64,000 bases of DNA from Octopus vulgaris (GCA_951406725.2 OX597815.1:82522001-82586000), one strand, 5' to 3'; numbered from the stretch's first letter, positions 1-11,346 are shown. Notes: generated from the letters alone by a model not told the origin. Program-made: numbers and translations.

Positions 1-114
1 TAACATAAAGAGCCGGATGAGATGTCACAAAGAATTTTTCCCCGACACGCTAACCACTCTGTCAGATCACCGATTTGAGTAACCACATCATCATCATCAT
101 CAAGAACAACAACA

Positions 115-1371
115 TCCAGCGTTTCAAGATCCATGAAGACGGTATGCTGTCAAAGGCCTTTTTATTATCAATCCATGCAGAACTGAGATTTCTGCGTTTG
201 TTACTACAGTTCTTAAGGATCATGTGATTGATTAAGAGTTGGTCTTTGCATCCATGTGAGCCTCGTCGGTACCCTTTTTTGTTGAGTGGGGAAAATATCG
301 TTTTGTTCCATAAATTTGCTTGTTTTCGTCACGAGGACGGATATTAAAATTTTATATGTGGTAGATAGACATGCTATGGGTCAATATTTTGGGGAAAATT
401 TGGTTTCATTTTTCTTGGGCACTAGGAATATAACACCGCTTGCTAACCAATCAGGTGTTTTCTTAGTATCTCTCATAATTTCATTAAATAAGTGGACTAG
501 CTTTTCGTGTGCGTAGCGGAGCGATGTGAGTCAGAAATTTGACACCCTATAATTTACCAGGAGATATCCACTTATGAACCTTCGTGATAGTCATCCTTAG
601 GTCTACTATTGTGACGTCTTCCCATGCTTGTTGAGGTAAGTTCTGGCAGGATCCTTCTCTGCGTCTAATCCAGTCTGCATTTTCATTGTGAGTGATTTCA
701 TCACTACAAATATATTTCTAAAAGTTTTCCATGGGAGTGGTGGGGTATTCAGCGGTTATTTTCTCCTTCCCTAATTCTCTGCAGAATGTTTTCGCATTGG
801 ATGTGAACAGCTTATTTTGGTAGTAAAATGTCTTTTCTCAAATATTCGTATTCTTTGAGTTTTTGCATGGACTTTTTGTCGCAATGTTTCCTTTGCTGAA
901 AGCGGTTCTTCTCTTGGTGAGAAAATGTTTTCTCTTCATCTGTCTTCCTTTTCTGGATTTTACACCGTTTCCTCAGATTAGTTCAATCAATATTAATATT
1001 TCACTTCTCATTCAATATTAATATTTCACTTCTCATTATTCAATCTCTTTTTCAATTTTACACCTCCAGTTTGGAATCCTCAGGTTTGTACGTCTTCACG
1101 TTTTTCAGTGGTGTACAACTGGTTTCAATTGTCTTAGTAGCTGCGTAAATAATTTCGTTTAATTCAGTGGGATCTGATTTTAGTTCTTGTATAATTTCTT
1201 TTCTTAAATACTTACCAATTTTAATATGTTTTCTATTTTGAACTGTATTTGAAAGTTTATGAAGTGGTTCTCTATCATACATAATGGCGTGTCTTATAAC
1301 TCCAAGCTAGCTCAGAATTTTCTGCTTCATTTCTCTCGAAGTCTCTCTATGTTGTTCAGTAAATGTGTATA
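115..1371 (-). pseudogene. Degraded R4/Dong-clade non-LTR retrotransposon, N-terminal region through early RT
   Basis: Minus-strand translation gives AWIDNKKAFDSIPSSWIL (~125-178) and KETLRQKVHAKTQRIRIF...YYQNKLFTSNAKTFCRELGK, matching the intact 4900-7569 ORF (AWIDYRKAYDSVPHKWIL; KELLKQRIQLKAQRLRRY...YRQNKFFKTDAKKFYREIGK). Many stops and frameshifts. The 5' junction abuts (TAA)n at ~1372-1426. Confidence 0.85.
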
Positions 1372-1375
1372 TTAC

Positions 1376-1426
<51 letters not shown>

Positions 1427-1439
1427 GATCATCATCATC

Positions 1440-1960
1440 TGTATACAGTGGAAGAAAGGAAGGAAAACAGAGCGAGAAAATAAGATATACAAAATAAACA
1501 AGTAAAGAAAGAAAATAAAGCGTGTGGGGGGGGGGAGGAATTCACAGTGACAATGCTCTTCACAATACGTGTGACATACCAGATAAGACAATCTTTTGTA
1601 CGTTCTGTTTGGATTCTAAGCCAGGTATCATTATTACGTAATCTTTTGTTCCTTGTTTGATCATTCCAAGTGCTCCTACAATCATTGGTACTGTAACCAT
1701 ATAGAGGTGCACATCTTTTTGATTTCGATGAGCAAATCTTTATATTTTGAGTTTATCAAATTCTTTTGTCGAGATATTATGGTCACAGAATATTCTCATT
1801 TCAATTAATAAACATACCTTATTGTTTTGGTCTTTCACAACAATATCTGGTTTGTTTGCTTTGGTGGTCCAGTCTGTACATACTGGAAAGTCCCAAAGAG
1901 TAGTTACATTTTCTCCCCCAGTTACAGCCTCAAGGTGGTGCTTGTACCATTTGTCTACCA
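1440..1960 (-). pseudogene. 3' fragment of an R4/Dong element (RLE endonuclease and 3' UTR)
   Basis: ORF 1740-1967 (WYKHHLEAVTGGENVTTLWDFPVCTDWTTKANKPDIVVKD...IEM...KEFDKL) aligns to the intact ORF C-terminus. KIVLSGMSHVL*RALSL* ends at ~1543, followed by a UTR and then (TAA)n. Confidence 0.85.
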
Positions 1961-2093
1961 AATCCACTCACAAGGCTTTGGTCAGCCCGAGGCTATAGTA
2001 AAAGACACTCAGCCACAGTACCACGCAGTGGGACTGAACCCAGAACCATGTGGTTGGTAAGCATGTTACTTACTACACAGCCACTGCTGTGCC
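1955..2093 (-). mobile_element. tRNA-derived SINE, 5' part (CORE-type family)
   Basis: Minus strand shows A-box-like TGGCTGTGTAGTAAG and B-box-like GGTTCAGTCCC. Related copies at ~17000-17100 (+) and ~31110-31205 (-). Confidence 0.65.
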
Positions 2094-2232
2094 TATGAAA
2101 AAAAATCTGTCAGAAGTGGAATAAACGATTTTCTAAACAAAAATATTTATCGGAGTGCTAATGAACGAAACTCTCGGCCCTCGAGTCATTCTGCTGGTTC
2201 TGTAAACTAATAATAATATTAATTGTAATAAT

Positions 2233-2435
2233 ATTTTCTGCTAAACGCACAAGGCCTGCAATTTGGTGGGAGGGGACTAGCCGACAACATCAACACCAGT
2301 GTTCCACTGGTGTTTAATTTATCAATCCCGAAAAGATGAAAGGCAAAGTCAACCTCGGCGGAATTTGAACTCAGAACGTAGCAGCAACCGAACTATAGCT
2401 AAGTATTTCGTCCAGTATGCTAACAATTCTGCCAA
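2233..2435 (-). mobile_element. tRNA-derived SINE with Meta/MESC-like central domain
   Basis: Reverse complement of the GAGTTCAAATTCCGCCGAGGTCGACTTTGCCTTTCATCCTTTCGGGGTCGATAAA consensus that recurs about 10 times in the window. Confidence 0.75.
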
Positions 2436-2727
2436 TAATGTGAGTGTGTGTGTGTGTGTGCGTGCGCGCGCTTGTGTGAGAGAGAAGGGCTTCTTACGCC
2501 CCCCACATATATGTTTTATATATTATTCGTATATATGCGTGCGTGTGTGTATTAACTTTTTCTCTATAACTTACAATGTTTCCCTCTATTTAGGCTAAAT
2601 AAATATAAAGCATATTTGTTTATATTCCAAATGAACACAAACTTAGATATAGAAATATCCATCCGTGTGTGTGCATGTGGGTGTATGAGCGCGTCTATAC
2701 ATACGTGCATACATGCATACACACACG

Positions 2728-2776
<49 letters not shown>

Positions 2777-3079
2777 ATATACACACATACACAAACATTT
2801 AAATACTATTACATACATACATACACAGAAACAGGCATATATGCACAGGTACAAGCAATACTTACGTACACATATACACACGCAGACACGCAAATGTATT
2901 TAATGGAAAATAAATAAGCAACTTTCAAAAGTGATAATTCTAAATGAAATGTCACCATGTCACTTTTAATTTTCTCATCCATCATAGGCATTCATGGATA
3001 TACATCCGTGCGCACACTCGCATATACATATGTAGTATGCATTTGTATAATATACGTACGTATGGGTGTATGCATTGGC

Positions 3080-3127
<48 letters not shown>

Positions 3128-3402
3128 GTGTGTGTGCAAACGTCTATATACACATTCATGCACAGAGACATTTTCTTTTGAAGAAACGACGAGAAGAAAG
3201 AAAACGAAATTGAGAATATCTGAAAGAGGGCAGGCCATACCCAATAATGAAGTGTGTCTACATATATGAATATATGCAGACATGTGTGTATAGTCTGGGC
3301 GCGCACACTCAAACACGCATACAGATTTTGGCATTTAAGGATGTGCGTGTGCATCATGTACATACACACACACATACTCACGCACAGGTACATACATAGA
3401 AA

Positions 3403-3472
<70 letters not shown>

Positions 3473-4232
3473 TACCAATATACATTAGTGTGTGCATAAA
3501 GGCTCTGCCCTTGCGTCAAATGTTTCAAGTACCTTTCAAGCATTCTCCAGGCGCCGAATGTAGATAAATACATATCATTTGATAGTATTTCTGAAAATAT
3601 CTTTCATAACAAAAATCAGATTACTAGAAAAAATTCAATAAAAACAAGAAAATATTGCGTAAGATAGCAGCGCATGCCACCAAAGTGACGCTGGGGTAAT
3701 ATCATACTAAGCTCAGTATACCCATCATGACTATCCATCTTATAAGTGTACACAAGGCACATGCATCACAACCATATGTGCGCGACATGGTTATTTCATA
3801 TTATGATAAACAACGCATGACCTTGCACGTGGAGTCCAGTTAAAATTTTCTCCAGGTTGAGTAGCTTGAATAAGGGTTGTTTAAGGATGTTGAACGAAAC
3901 ACGTTTTCAGAGGTGAATTATTTAAATCCCAAAGAATTCCTCTCAACACATGTCTATGGTGCTCCCCACATTATTCCGTTTGTCATCAGAGGTGCACATA
4001 TTGTCAACCAGCAAGGGACATACTCGACTGGTTAAGGTCAAGCAACTGATAAGCAAGTTTGTGGTATTGAGCAGAATATCTGCTGTAGCCCATCTTTTAT
4101 ACCAAGACAAAATAATGTACATGATAACACTTCCAATCCGTTAAAATCAGAAGCCATGAAAGCCACTGCCTGGTACTGCATCAGGGCATTTATTAATATT
4201 ATTAATATTATTATTATTGTTATTGTTATCAA

Positions 4233-4292
<60 letters not shown>

Positions 4293-4331
4293 TATCGTCC
4301 TCCTCCTCATTATTATTGTTGTTGTTGTTGT

Positions 4332-4696
4332 TCTTCTTATTTCGCTTTATCATAGGTTTTGTTGGAGGTCCTTGTCTTACATGTGTAGCAGGCTTGCTAA
4401 CTATAGCCTACGGTGCCATGCTATCCATTCTATTCATCTCTCTAATGTCTTCCTGATTATTCTGGCCGTGCCACGGAGGCAAACCTTTTGTAACAATTCT
4501 ACTGGGCATTCTATTCCTTTATATTCCCCTTGATGAATTCTGATACTGTTCCCAAAGACCCAACAGTAATTGGCACCTCCTTCACCTTCGTTTTCCATAG
4601 CCGTGTTATTTCGTACTTAAGAGGGTTGTATTTTTCTTTTTTTTCTCTTTCCTTCTTGACTATTCGTGGATCAAAGAGGTATGCAATATCAACATA
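4332..4696 (-). pseudogene. Short 3' fragment of a second, divergent R4/Dong family
   Basis: VDIAYLFDPRIVKKEREKKEKYNPLKYEITRLWKTKVKEVPITVGSLGTV, then after a frameshift LLQKVCLRGTARIIRKTL. This corresponds to the RLE KxxKY region and C-terminus. Flanked by (TAA)n at 5' and (AAC/AAT)n at 3'. Confidence 0.75.
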
Positions 4697-4697
4697 A

Positions 4698-4745
<48 letters not shown>

Positions 4746-7593
4746 GTCATTTACTTTTAATCTGCATGTTTGATGCAATCACCTGCCGGGGCACACCCAG
4801 CGCCCTAGGGCAAGTGAAGGTTAAGAGTTGTTGAAATATAGCTGAAAGCTTGGGGAGGGGAAGTAGAGAAATATCTCCATGTAATACAAACACAAACATT
4901 TACATTGATAGGGTTTTTCTAAGGATGTGGGCAGTACTTGTTAGCACAATCTTTTGGATTTCCTTGAGACATGGTTTTCCAGGGATATTGTCTAGGTGTT
5001 TCTGACATCCCTTTTTTATCATACCTAGGGCACCTACAATAACAGGAACAGTTTTTGTTTTAAGATTCCACATCCTCTGTATTTCGATTTCCAGGTCCTT
5101 ATATTTACTAAGTTTGTCAAATTCCTTGACAGATACATTTTTATCAGTGGGGACGCTTACTTCTATTAGTCTGCAGGTATTTTCTTCCCTGTCTTTAACA
5201 ATTATGTCTGGTCGATTAGCCTTGATCGTTCTGTCAGTGTTGACTGGAAAATCCCAGAGGATGGTGACATCTTTACCTTCAACAACTGGCTGAGGATGGT
5301 GTTCATACCAGTTAGCAGGAGTGTCGGATTTGTAGTGTTTACATATCTTCCAATGTATATACTGTCCTACCCTATCGTGGCGATTTTTGTATTCGTTTGG
5401 TGTCAGCACAGGACATCCCGAAACGAGATGGTCTATTGTTTCGTCAAATGTGTCACAGAATCTGCATTTAGGGTCAGTACCGTTTCGGAGAACGTTAGCC
5501 TGGTAATTTCTGGTAAACAAGCTTTGATCTTGTGCTGCCATTATGAAGCCTTCAGTCTCTGCTTTCAATCCAGAACTCTTCAGCCACTGATGGGTTGTTG
5601 CTTGGTCTACATCAGCATTTTGGCTTCGGAGAATGTATTGTCCATGCAGGGGCTTCTGGCTCCACCGCCTCTCAATTTGATTCTGCCCATTCTTTTTTGC
5701 AGTCTGCCTGATTCGCTTTGCTTGCTTGGTAGCAGTGGTTTCTGGCTCTTCACCTGATTCAAGGTTAATGCCTAGTTCCCTTTCGAACTTATAAGCTTCC
5801 TTGACAATAGAATGCAGCTTTTTGCTGCTTTCGTGTTCACACACAAGTCGCAGCATCCAGTCGTTTGTACTAGATAGGTACCTGTTCATTCCTACAGTAG
5901 AGGTCTTATAGCACAGCTCCAATTGCATCATTCCTCTCCCCCCGCTGCTTCTAGGTAGGTACAAGCGGTCTACATCTGCCTTAGGGTGGTGCATGCTCCT
6001 GGATGTCAGTAACTTTCTTGTCTTCCTGTCCAAGCGTTGGAGTTCCGTAAGGTTCCAGTTAATGATGTTAAAACTGTACTGGACTACTGGAAGTGCCAGG
6101 GTGTTAATGGCCTCAATGCAATTTTTGGAGTTGAGTTCAGTCTTCAGTACAAGCCTTATTCTCCTATAGTACTCCTTTCTTATTTTTTCCTTCATAGTAG
6201 CATGATGTATACCATCTCCTTCGTTGATTCCTAGGTATTTGTAGCTTTCTTGTGGGTCAAGTTCCTTGATGGTAGTGTCAATATCTAATTTAACAGAAGC
6301 TGTTTGCCTGAGCTTGCCTCTTACAAAAGTTGCTTTAGCACACTTATCAAGGCCAAAATCCATTCCGATATCATTGCTAAACTCTTTAACAGTTGTTAGC
6401 AGCCCTTCTAGCTCTTGGTCATTCTTGGCAAACAGCTTTAGATCGTCCATATAAAAAAGGTGGTTTATTAACTTGCTAAAAACTTTGTACCCATATCTGG
6501 CACTATCCAATTCGTTTGAGAGTGGGATCAGTGCCATGCAAAAAAGTAATGGAGAGAGGGAGTCACCTTGAAAGATGCCTCGTTTGATGTTGATGCTGTT
6601 GGACTGGCTCATCCCATTACTATGGCTTAGAAAGAGACGTGTGTTCCACATGGTCATGCTATTCTCTAAGAATTTTGAGACGACAGGGGAGATCTTGTAT
6701 ATCTCAAGGGCCTTGAGTATCCATTTATGTGGGACACTGTCATACGCTTTCCTGTAGTCTATCCATGCCATACTCAGGTTTTTGTTTTTGCTCCGGCAAT
6801 TCTCTACAATCATTCTGTTTATGAGCAATTGGTCTTTGCACCCATAAGAGTTTCTTTTACAACCTTTTTGAGCTTGTGGAAGGATAGAATTTTGTTCAAG
6901 GAAAGCGTACATTCTCTCCGTTATTATGGATGTGAGGATTTTGTAGGTGGTGTTGAGACATGTTATTGGCCGGTAATTCTTTGGGTTTTTTGTGTCTTCG
7001 GTTTTAGGTAATAGGTAGGTGGTTCCTTCAGTCAGCCAAGCAGGTATTTGCTCTGGGTTCTGAATGACATCAGACAGAGATGCAGCGAGATGTTCGTGTA
7101 CCTCTGTCAAACAATTCAGCCAGAAGTTAGGGATCCGATCCAGTCCTGGGGTTTTCCATTTATGAGCCTTCCTAAGGACACACCTTAGCTCCTCTATTCC
7201 TATTGCTTCCCATTTCTGTTCTTCAAGTTCATCCAGTCTCTCTTTCTCACGTTCTATCCAGTCAGCCTCAGCATTAAACTCTTTTTCGTTGCTCCATACC
7301 TTCTTCCAGAACTCCTCCACTTCCTCAATCTTAGGTGGATCTTCTATGTGTATTTTATTTTTGCCAATTTCCCTATAAAATTTCTTTGCATCTGTCTTAA
7401 AAAATTTATTTTGTCGATAAAATTTGTTTCTTTTGTCATACCTTCTAAGCCGTTGAGCTTTCAACTGTATCCGTTGTTTCAACAGTTCCTTAGTTGCAGG
7501 GAGGTTTATGAGATCTTTGATTTTATATTTTTGCTTGATTTTTCTAGCTTTTCTCGGCTTAATATTCACTCCTCTAGCAAGCTCATCGAGAAC
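4746..7593 (-). mobile_element. R4/Dong-clade non-LTR retrotransposon, 5'-truncated, inserted in (TAA)n
   Basis: Single ORF plus ~155-nt 3' UTR. Pure (ATT)n runs on both flanks (4698-4745 and 7594-7660). The reading frame is open up to the 5' junction (VLDELARGVNIK...), indicating truncation inside the ORF. Confidence 0.93.
4900..7569 (-). CDS. Reverse transcriptase / restriction-like endonuclease polyprotein (889 aa, N-terminally truncated)
   Basis: RT motifs YRPITCL, WIDYRKAYDSV, GIFQGDSLSPLLF, FYMDDLKL, YKYLGI. CCHC knuckle CRFCDTFDETIDHLVSGC. RHD motif. RLE core RPDII...IEVSV...KLSKY. No internal stops. Confidence 0.95.
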   Translation of the reverse strand: MNIKPRKARKIKQKYKIKDLINLPATKELLKQRIQLKAQRLRRYDKRNKFYRQNKFFKTDAKKFYREIGKNKIHIEDPPKIEEVEEFWKKVWSNEKEFNAEADWIEREKERLDELEEQKWEAIGIEELRCVLRKAHKWKTPGLDRIPNFWLNCLTEVHEHLAASLSDVIQNPEQIPAWLTEGTTYLLPKTEDTKNPKNYRPITCLNTTYKILTSIITERMYAFLEQNSILPQAQKGCKRNSYGCKDQLLINRMIVENCRSKNKNLSMAWIDYRKAYDSVPHKWILKALEIYKISPVVSKFLENSMTMWNTRLFLSHSNGMSQSNSINIKRGIFQGDSLSPLLFCMALIPLSNELDSARYGYKVFSKLINHLFYMDDLKLFAKNDQELEGLLTTVKEFSNDIGMDFGLDKCAKATFVRGKLRQTASVKLDIDTTIKELDPQESYKYLGINEGDGIHHATMKEKIRKEYYRRIRLVLKTELNSKNCIEAINTLALPVVQYSFNIINWNLTELQRLDRKTRKLLTSRSMHHPKADVDRLYLPRSSGGRGMMQLELCYKTSTVGMNRYLSSTNDWMLRLVCEHESSKKLHSIVKEAYKFERELGINLESGEEPETTATKQAKRIRQTAKKNGQNQIERRWSQKPLHGQYILRSQNADVDQATTHQWLKSSGLKAETEGFIMAAQDQSLFTRNYQANVLRNGTDPKCRFCDTFDETIDHLVSGCPVLTPNEYKNRHDRVGQYIHWKICKHYKSDTPANWYEHHPQPVVEGKDVTILWDFPVNTDRTIKANRPDIIVKDREENTCRLIEVSVPTDKNVSVKEFDKLSKYKDLEIEIQRMWNLKTKTVPVIVGALGMIKKGCQKHLDNIPGKPCLKEIQKIVLTSTAHILRKTLSM

Positions 7594-7660
<67 letters not shown>

Positions 7661-9401
7661 CGGTTCGCCAAGGATGCCCTCTCTTCTCCCTCTTGTACGT
7701 ATTGACTCTCGAGCCATTACTGCTCAAGTTTGAGGCTTTGAGGAGGTGGAAACAGCGTGTCTGCCTATGCCGACGACGTCACCGTAATGGTGTCGAATCA
7801 CAGGCACATTGACCTCATTGGCGAGACACTAAACCAGTACGAAGCGGTGACAGGTGCAAAGATTAACGCGGAAAAGTCCATGGGCTTGCAACTGGGCACC
7901 CGGAGAGGCAGGTCCATACCGTCCAACAGTGTAGTAGGACGCTGGACGGAGGGACCTGTTAAACTGCTCGGGGTCTGGTTCGGTCCAGACCTCCAAGTGG
8001 ATAAAAACTGGGAAGAGGTGACGAACAGGGTGGCCAATCTCACCCAGAAATGGGCCGAGTGGAAGCTGTCCCTGAATAGTCGAGCGGAGGTGGCGAATGC
8101 GTACATCGCATCCGTCATCTGCTACCGATTGACCGTCGTCCCTTGTCCCGACCGCTGGTTGGCCAAGCTGGTGCGCTTGCTTTTCGACTTCTTGTGGAAG
8201 GGTCAGGTACCACTGGTCAGGCGATCCATCCGCTGTCAACGACCGCTGAACGGAGGCCTTGGCATGACGTGGTTACTGATGCGCAGACATGCGCTCAGGC
8301 TAAGGCATCTCAAGTGTTTCATAGACGGTGAACAGGTGTGGTCATCTTTTGTCAGTCGCGACTTTCCGCAGCTCATCTCTTTGACAGAGTTGCAGTCTTG
8401 GATCAAACGCAGACCGAGAAAGTGTGCTTGGCACCTCGAGTGCCATCAAGCTCTCTCCGCTCTCCACCAGGCGGGCAATGCGATCGGTAGTGGTTCCACT
8501 CTAGCGTTCTATAGAGGTTTAGTGGAAGAAAAGTGCGACGACGTTCTCGCGGAAACTCTAGGCGTTGACGATAACGAGCTAAACAGTCTGTTCGGGAGAA
8601 CTTTTGGGCTGGGGCCAATGAATAATTTCCAAAGGTCCCTCGCTCTGCAGTACTACTGAGGGGCTCTGCTTGCTCGGGATAAACTCTACCGGCACGGACG
8701 TGCCGTCAGACGGGCCTGTCCGAGCTGCGCCCAGGACGACGAAATGGTTCTGCACGCACTCGTCCAGTGCCCGAGTATTGCTGAACTATGGGTTTATGTC
8801 GAACAGCTACTGTCGCGTATTGGACGGATCCGGCTATGAGCTGAATCCATAGTGAGGACTGCCCCGCCGACCTCCTTTAACCGGGAGGACAAGGCAGTTT
8901 TCCTTTGCCTAGTGGCTGTAGCGAAAGAGGTGATATGGTGGACTCGTTTGAAAGGGCTAAGGTCAAACACTCTCCCCTTTGGCCAAGGCCTCATCAACTT
9001 TTTCAAGTTTCACTTAAAAAGGAAGATGAGAGTAGAGAGGGAAGTGATGTCTGGTAGCAAGTTTATTGAAAGGTGGGTGAATGTCGCAAGAATGGCCAGT
9101 ATGAACGGACCAATTCTGAGGATACACCTGTGAGAATTAAAAGGAAATATAAAAGGAGAAAGGGGCTCTCTACCCCTCTTTTGACCAGGCACCCGTGGCT
9201 TTTATGGGTTTTTCAACGAGTAACCTTTCGAAGCGCCTCCCCCTATTGGGAGTTTTAATTGTTACTTATTTTTCGTTGTCATCCTGCTTTTGTACACGGA
9301 CTTTTTCAAACGGACAAAACCCTTTGTAACTTTCGTCCTGTGTTTTGTCCCTTTATGTTTTAATTGATTTTTGTTAGCCCTTGTGGCCAATAAACGAACG
9401 A
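7661..9401 (+). mobile_element. Tx1/L1-clade LINE, 5'-truncated and decayed, in (ATT)n
   Basis: VRQGCPL, SAYADDV, VKLLGVWF, GGLG motifs and knuckle CPSCAQDDEMVLHALVQC. In-frame stops at ~8657 and ~8837, ORF end at 9133. 3' UTR ends AATAAACGAACGA and then (ATT)n resumes. Confidence 0.88.
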
Positions 9402-9461
9402 ATTATTATTATTATTATTATTAATATTATTATTATTATTATACAGATGCCATATGCCCAC

Positions 9462-9795
9462 GGGCATATAGCGTAGTAGTTAAGGGCGCGAGGCTACTAA
9501 CCCCAAGATTCCGAGTTAGATACCAAGTAATGACTTGAACAACAACAACAATAACAATAATGATAACAATAGCCATAATGATAATAATAATAATGATGAT
9601 GATGATGATAATAATAATAATAATAACGGTAACAACTACAACAGCGAAAAAATACCTTAAGAATGAGAATCCAGGTTCGAAATTTACCCCATGACAACGG
9701 AAGAAGGCTGGAGGGTATATCAGATGAGACGATGTGTTAACAACAAACAAGATGAGGACAAATATCCGTCGAAGGTAAATAATATAAATAATGTA

Positions 9796-9800
<5 letters not shown>
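9462..9800 (+). mobile_element. Composite: tRNA-Ser-like head, (AAC/AAT)n linker, and Penelope-like segment with degenerate hammerhead
   Basis: A-box TAGCGTAGTAG, anticodon-loop-like CTACTAA, B-box-like GAGTTAGATACC. CGGAAGA-aggctgg...tcagat-GAGAC at 9698-9730 resembles a decayed CUGANGA...GAAAC core. Confidence 0.45.
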
Positions 9801-9840
<40 letters not shown>

Positions 9841-9843
<3 letters not shown>

Positions 9844-10016
9844 ATAGAAATGGTAAGACAACAAAACAATAAAGAGACCTCGATATTATGTAACTAGAGG
9901 AGTTTATTTGTAAATATATGCGACCATTATTCGGTAGCCGTGATAGAGCTCCGAGTTTCGGATGTCGGGTCATGGGTTTCCGTCCGTCCCACCCCGTGAT
10001 CCAAAACTCGGAGTTT

Positions 10017-10020
<4 letters not shown>
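9841..10020 (-). mobile_element. Penelope-like terminal fragment with fold-back, in (TA)n
   Basis: 9857-9906 is the reverse complement of 48541-48592. ~9942-9963 and ~9999-10019 form an inverted pair carrying GAAACTCGGAG. Confidence 0.55.
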
Positions 10021-10047
<27 letters not shown>

Positions 10048-10148
10048 AATGTATGTATTTTATATATGAAAAATACAAAAATAGAACGGAAAAAGCAGAG
10101 AAATGTTGCACAAATGCAAATGCAAATAACAGGACATAACTTTCGTAT

Positions 10149-11187
10149 GTATTCGCTGCTTTCCTCCAAGGAATCTCATGCTCTTAGCTTAGCTTTTCCT
10201 TGGGGCTCGCCAGATTGGAGCAATCTCGAGTATAACGAGCCGAAATTGCAAAGATATTTTGGAGTTCGACTGAGGAAAGAAAACTCCGAATGACCCGTCC
10301 TTTTTTCTTTGTATCGTCTGTCTCGATGTTTTGTTGTTCCTTTTTTGTATCACCTAACTCTCTGGATGTTTTGCGTTCTGGTCTTTTTTTTCTATTTTTT
10401 ACATATAAAAATATAGCGTCGTACGTACACTTTGATCTCTTATATGTAAGTATATATATATATATATATAAATTTTGTACGACTCTATTATTCTTTCTAT
10501 TCTTTCATTTGTTTCTTCTTTCTATCAGCCCTTTCAGACTGGCTTCGTTCATTCCACTCTTCGTTCTTTGGTTCTCCCTCTCTGACATTTCCTTGTCTTC
10601 TCTTCATTCTCACTTTACCTCCTCTTTCACTTCACTCTGTCCCTTTTATTTTTCTTGCTCCTCTTTAATTCTTCTGTCCCTCTGCCTCTACCTTTCTCTC
10701 TTCTCTCTCCACGTGAGTGGTGTTCAGCCAAGCCTGACATTTCTTTCTTGGTTCGACTAACATCCGAGCAACATCTATATTCCTCCCTGTTCTTCTCAGG
10801 TAAGACTTTACTTCCACACACGCCAGCTTAATTTAATTTATCCTTAGTCGAAAGACACCTGTTGTTATGTCCTGTTACTTGCATTTGTATTTGAGTAACA
10901 TTTCTCCGTTTTTTTCGTCCTTGTTTTCATATGCATTCGCTGCTTTCTTCCAAGGAATCTAATGCTCTTAGTTTAGTTTTTGTTTGGGGCTGGCCATATT
11001 GGAGCAATCTCGAGTATAACAAGCCGAAATTGCGAAGATAATCTGGAACTTGACTAAGGATAGAAAACTCCGATTGACCCGTCCTTGTTTTCTTTGTATC
11101 ATCTGTCTGGATGTTTTGCGTTTTTGTCCTATTTTTGTACTATTTATATATAAAAAATATAGCGGCGTACGTACACTTTGGTCTCTT
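10149..11187. repeat. Pair of ~250-290 bp diverged direct repeats (10149-10440 and 10935-11187)
   Basis: Both copies read ATTCGCTGCTTTC..CCAAGGAATCT..TTGGAGCAATCTCGAGTATAAC..GAAAACTCCGA..AAAAATATAGCG.CGTACGTACACTTTG. Confidence 0.85.
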
Positions 11188-11199
11188 TCTCTCTCCCCA

Positions 11200-11306
<107 letters not shown>

Positions 11307-11346
11307 ATATATATATATATATACATGTGTGTGTTCATGTGTGTGT

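Noticed and set aside
2564-3573. Many overlapping ORFs rich in YI/CV/HT/LSIY (also at 28-29, 31, 43, 47 and 60-62 kb)
   Set aside because: These are translations of (TA)n, (CA)n, (TATG)n and (TATC)n microsatellites, which lack stop codons. They are not proteins.
5296-7812. Plus-strand ORFs overlapping the 889-aa ORF
   Set aside because: Antisense shadows of the retrotransposon CDS. The end of 7348-7812 merely reads through (ATT)n into the Tx1 fragment.
9462-9537. Functional tRNA gene
   Set aside because: The acceptor and T stems do not pair and the B-box is mutated. It is a SINE-type head.
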